A stretch of DNA of 64,000 nt, taken from the NCBI GenBank assembly GCA_964405685.1, contig CAYOOP010000001.1:270922-334921 (forward strand), given 5' to 3'. How positions within the stretch are numbered: position 1 is the first letter of the stretch; every line of letters starts with the position of its first letter. This DNA is from an uncultured Rickettsiales bacterium (lineage in GTDB: Bacteria > Pseudomonadota > Alphaproteobacteria > Rickettsiales > SXRF01). The position numbers and the translations under genes were made by a program. Shown in pieces: positions 62,740 to 64,000 of this stretch. The notes under the pieces are model-generated. The model did not search any database. It saw only the letters and a program-made list of their open reading frames with translations, and had not been told where the DNA came from.

Positions 62740-64000
62740 ATGCGCTACATTTCTACCCGCGGGCAAGCGCCCACTCTTGCCTTTGCTGACGTATTGCTTG
62801 CGGGCCTCGCAAATGATGGCGGGCTTTATGTCCCCGAAACCATCCCCACATTGTCACTCGCTGAAATTGAGACGCTACGCGGGTTGCCGTACCCTGAACT
62901 AGCCGCAAAAATCATGTTGCCGTTTTTGGAGGGGTTTTTGGATTACGAAGGCTTGCTTGCGTGCACGACTAAGGCCTATGCCGCGTTTGATCATCCCGCA
63001 ATCGCGCCACTGAAACCGCTCGAAACTAACCACTATGTGCTGGAATTATTTCATGGACCAACGCTTGCGTTCAAAGATTTCGCGCTGCAATTGCTTGGGC
63101 ATTTTTTAGATGTCGCTTTTACCAAGCGTGCACAAAAAGCCGTGGTGCTGGGCGCCACTTCAGGCGATACCGGCTCCGCTGCGCTTGCCGGCGTCAAAGG
63201 CCGCGCGAATATCGAAAGCTTTATTTTATTCCCGCACGGCCGCGTTTCTGAAGTGCAACGCCGACAGATGACGACGATTGCAGATAAAAACGTGCATTGC
63301 CTGGCGGTACAAGGTACGTTTGATGATTGCCAAAACATCGTGAAAACATTGTTTGCGGACGCTGAGTTTAGGGCGCAAGTGCCGCTGATTGCGGTGAATT
63401 CCATCAACTGGGCGCGGGTGCTGGCGCAAGTGGTCTATTATTTTTACGCTGTCTTGCAACTACCTTCTCCCATCAAGCCGGTGCGGTTTTGTGTGCCCAC
63501 GGGCAATTTTGGGGATATTTATGCAGGCTACATCGCCAAACGTATGGGCCTACCCATTGAAAAACTCATCATCGCCAGCAACGCGAATGATATTCTCACC
63601 CGCTGTTTAAACACCGGCACTTACGCAATGAATGGCGTAACGCCGACACTTTCACCCAGCATGGATATTGAAATCTCCAGCAATTTTGAACGGCTGCTGT
63701 TTGATCTGTATGCACGCGATGGCGAAGCTGTGTCCAGGCTGATGCAGGACTTTAAAACCACGCGCTCGCTTACGCTAACGCCTGAAGCTCATGCACAGTT
63801 TAGAGCACTGTTTGCCGCCCATGCGTGCGACGATGCAGCAACGCTTACTACCATGAAAGATGTCTACGCAACCGCAGGTATGTTGCTTGATCCGCACACC
63901 ACTGTTGGCGTAAAGGCCGCGCGCAAGGAGATAGCAAGCAGCGCCCCACCTATCATCACACTCGCCACCGCCCACCCAGCCAAATTCCCGGATGCGGTGG
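62740..64000 (+). CDS. thrC: Threonine synthase, 3' end beyond the window
   Basis: Absent from the ORF track because no stop is reached. Translation from ATG 62740 gives MRYISTRGQAPTLAFADVLLAGLANDGGLYVPE... and HYVLELFHGPTLAFKDFALQLLG (PLP-Lys motif). The frame is open to base 64000. Confidence 0.93.
   Translation, partial: MRYISTRGQAPTLAFADVLLAGLANDGGLYVPETIPTLSLAEIETLRGLPYPELAAKIMLPFLEGFLDYEGLLACTTKAYAAFDHPAIAPLKPLETNHYVLELFHGPTLAFKDFALQLLGHFLDVAFTKRAQKAVVLGATSGDTGSAALAGVKGRANIESFILFPHGRVSEVQRRQMTTIADKNVHCLAVQGTFDDCQNIVKTLFADAEFRAQVPLIAVNSINWARVLAQVVYYFYAVLQLPSPIKPVRFCVPTGNFGDIYAGYIAKRMGLPIEKLIIASNANDILTRCLNTGTYAMNGVTPTLSPSMDIEISSNFERLLFDLYARDGEAVSRLMQDFKTTRSLTLTPEAHAQFRALFAAHACDDAATLTTMKDVYATAGMLLDPHTTVGVKAARKEIASSAPPIITLATAHPAKFPDAV

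Overview
The window reads as alphaproteobacterial chromosome. Lineage markers are a circularly permuted two-piece tmRNA, ctaB, a UPF0262 gene after hisD, a Tim44-like protein next to mltA, a DUF3035 lipoprotein after lspA, and an SspB-alpha adaptor. The backbone is densely packed housekeeping genes: flgB-flgC-fliE, trmL, hemF, yejBEF, der/bamB, trxB, serB, rlmB, rlmN, secF, ribF, lspA, two M16 peptidases, pgi, mutL, purH, ampG, kdsB, hisGD, an envZ/ompR-like pair, mltA, cysK, dut, sspB and thrC (3' end cut by the window). I found three tRNA genes (Ser-UGA, Gly-UCC, Tyr-GUA). Each is followed by AT-rich or degraded accessory DNA. The most interesting signals, in my order, are these. (1) An 81-bp hairpin-rich repeat sits in frame inside two unrelated essential genes, hemF and rlmN (57/81 nt identical, same reading frame). 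hemF also carries a perfect 15+15 bp palindrome. This resembles Rickettsia palindromic elements. (2) A 2.2-kb integrase-less islet is bounded by exact 32-bp direct repeats of the tRNA-Tyr 3' end and carries one orphan 666-aa ORF. (3) Directly after it lies an Arn-like but non-canonical glycan or lipid modification cluster: stand-alone formyltransferase, DegT aminotransferase, GMC-like flavoprotein, ArnC-like GT2 and two very large polytopic membrane proteins. (4) The normally fused coaBC (dfp) gene is split at its inter-domain linker by about 1 kb carrying a HigB/HigA-type toxin-antitoxin pair and an orphan membrane ORF. (5) The two-piece tmRNA has a non-canonical T-loop and a 22-codon tag containing an internal ANDN duplication, and sits next to sspB. 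I saw no CRISPR array, rRNA, integrase or transposase. All functional calls rest on my reading of the translated ORFs and recalled family motifs. No database search was run.
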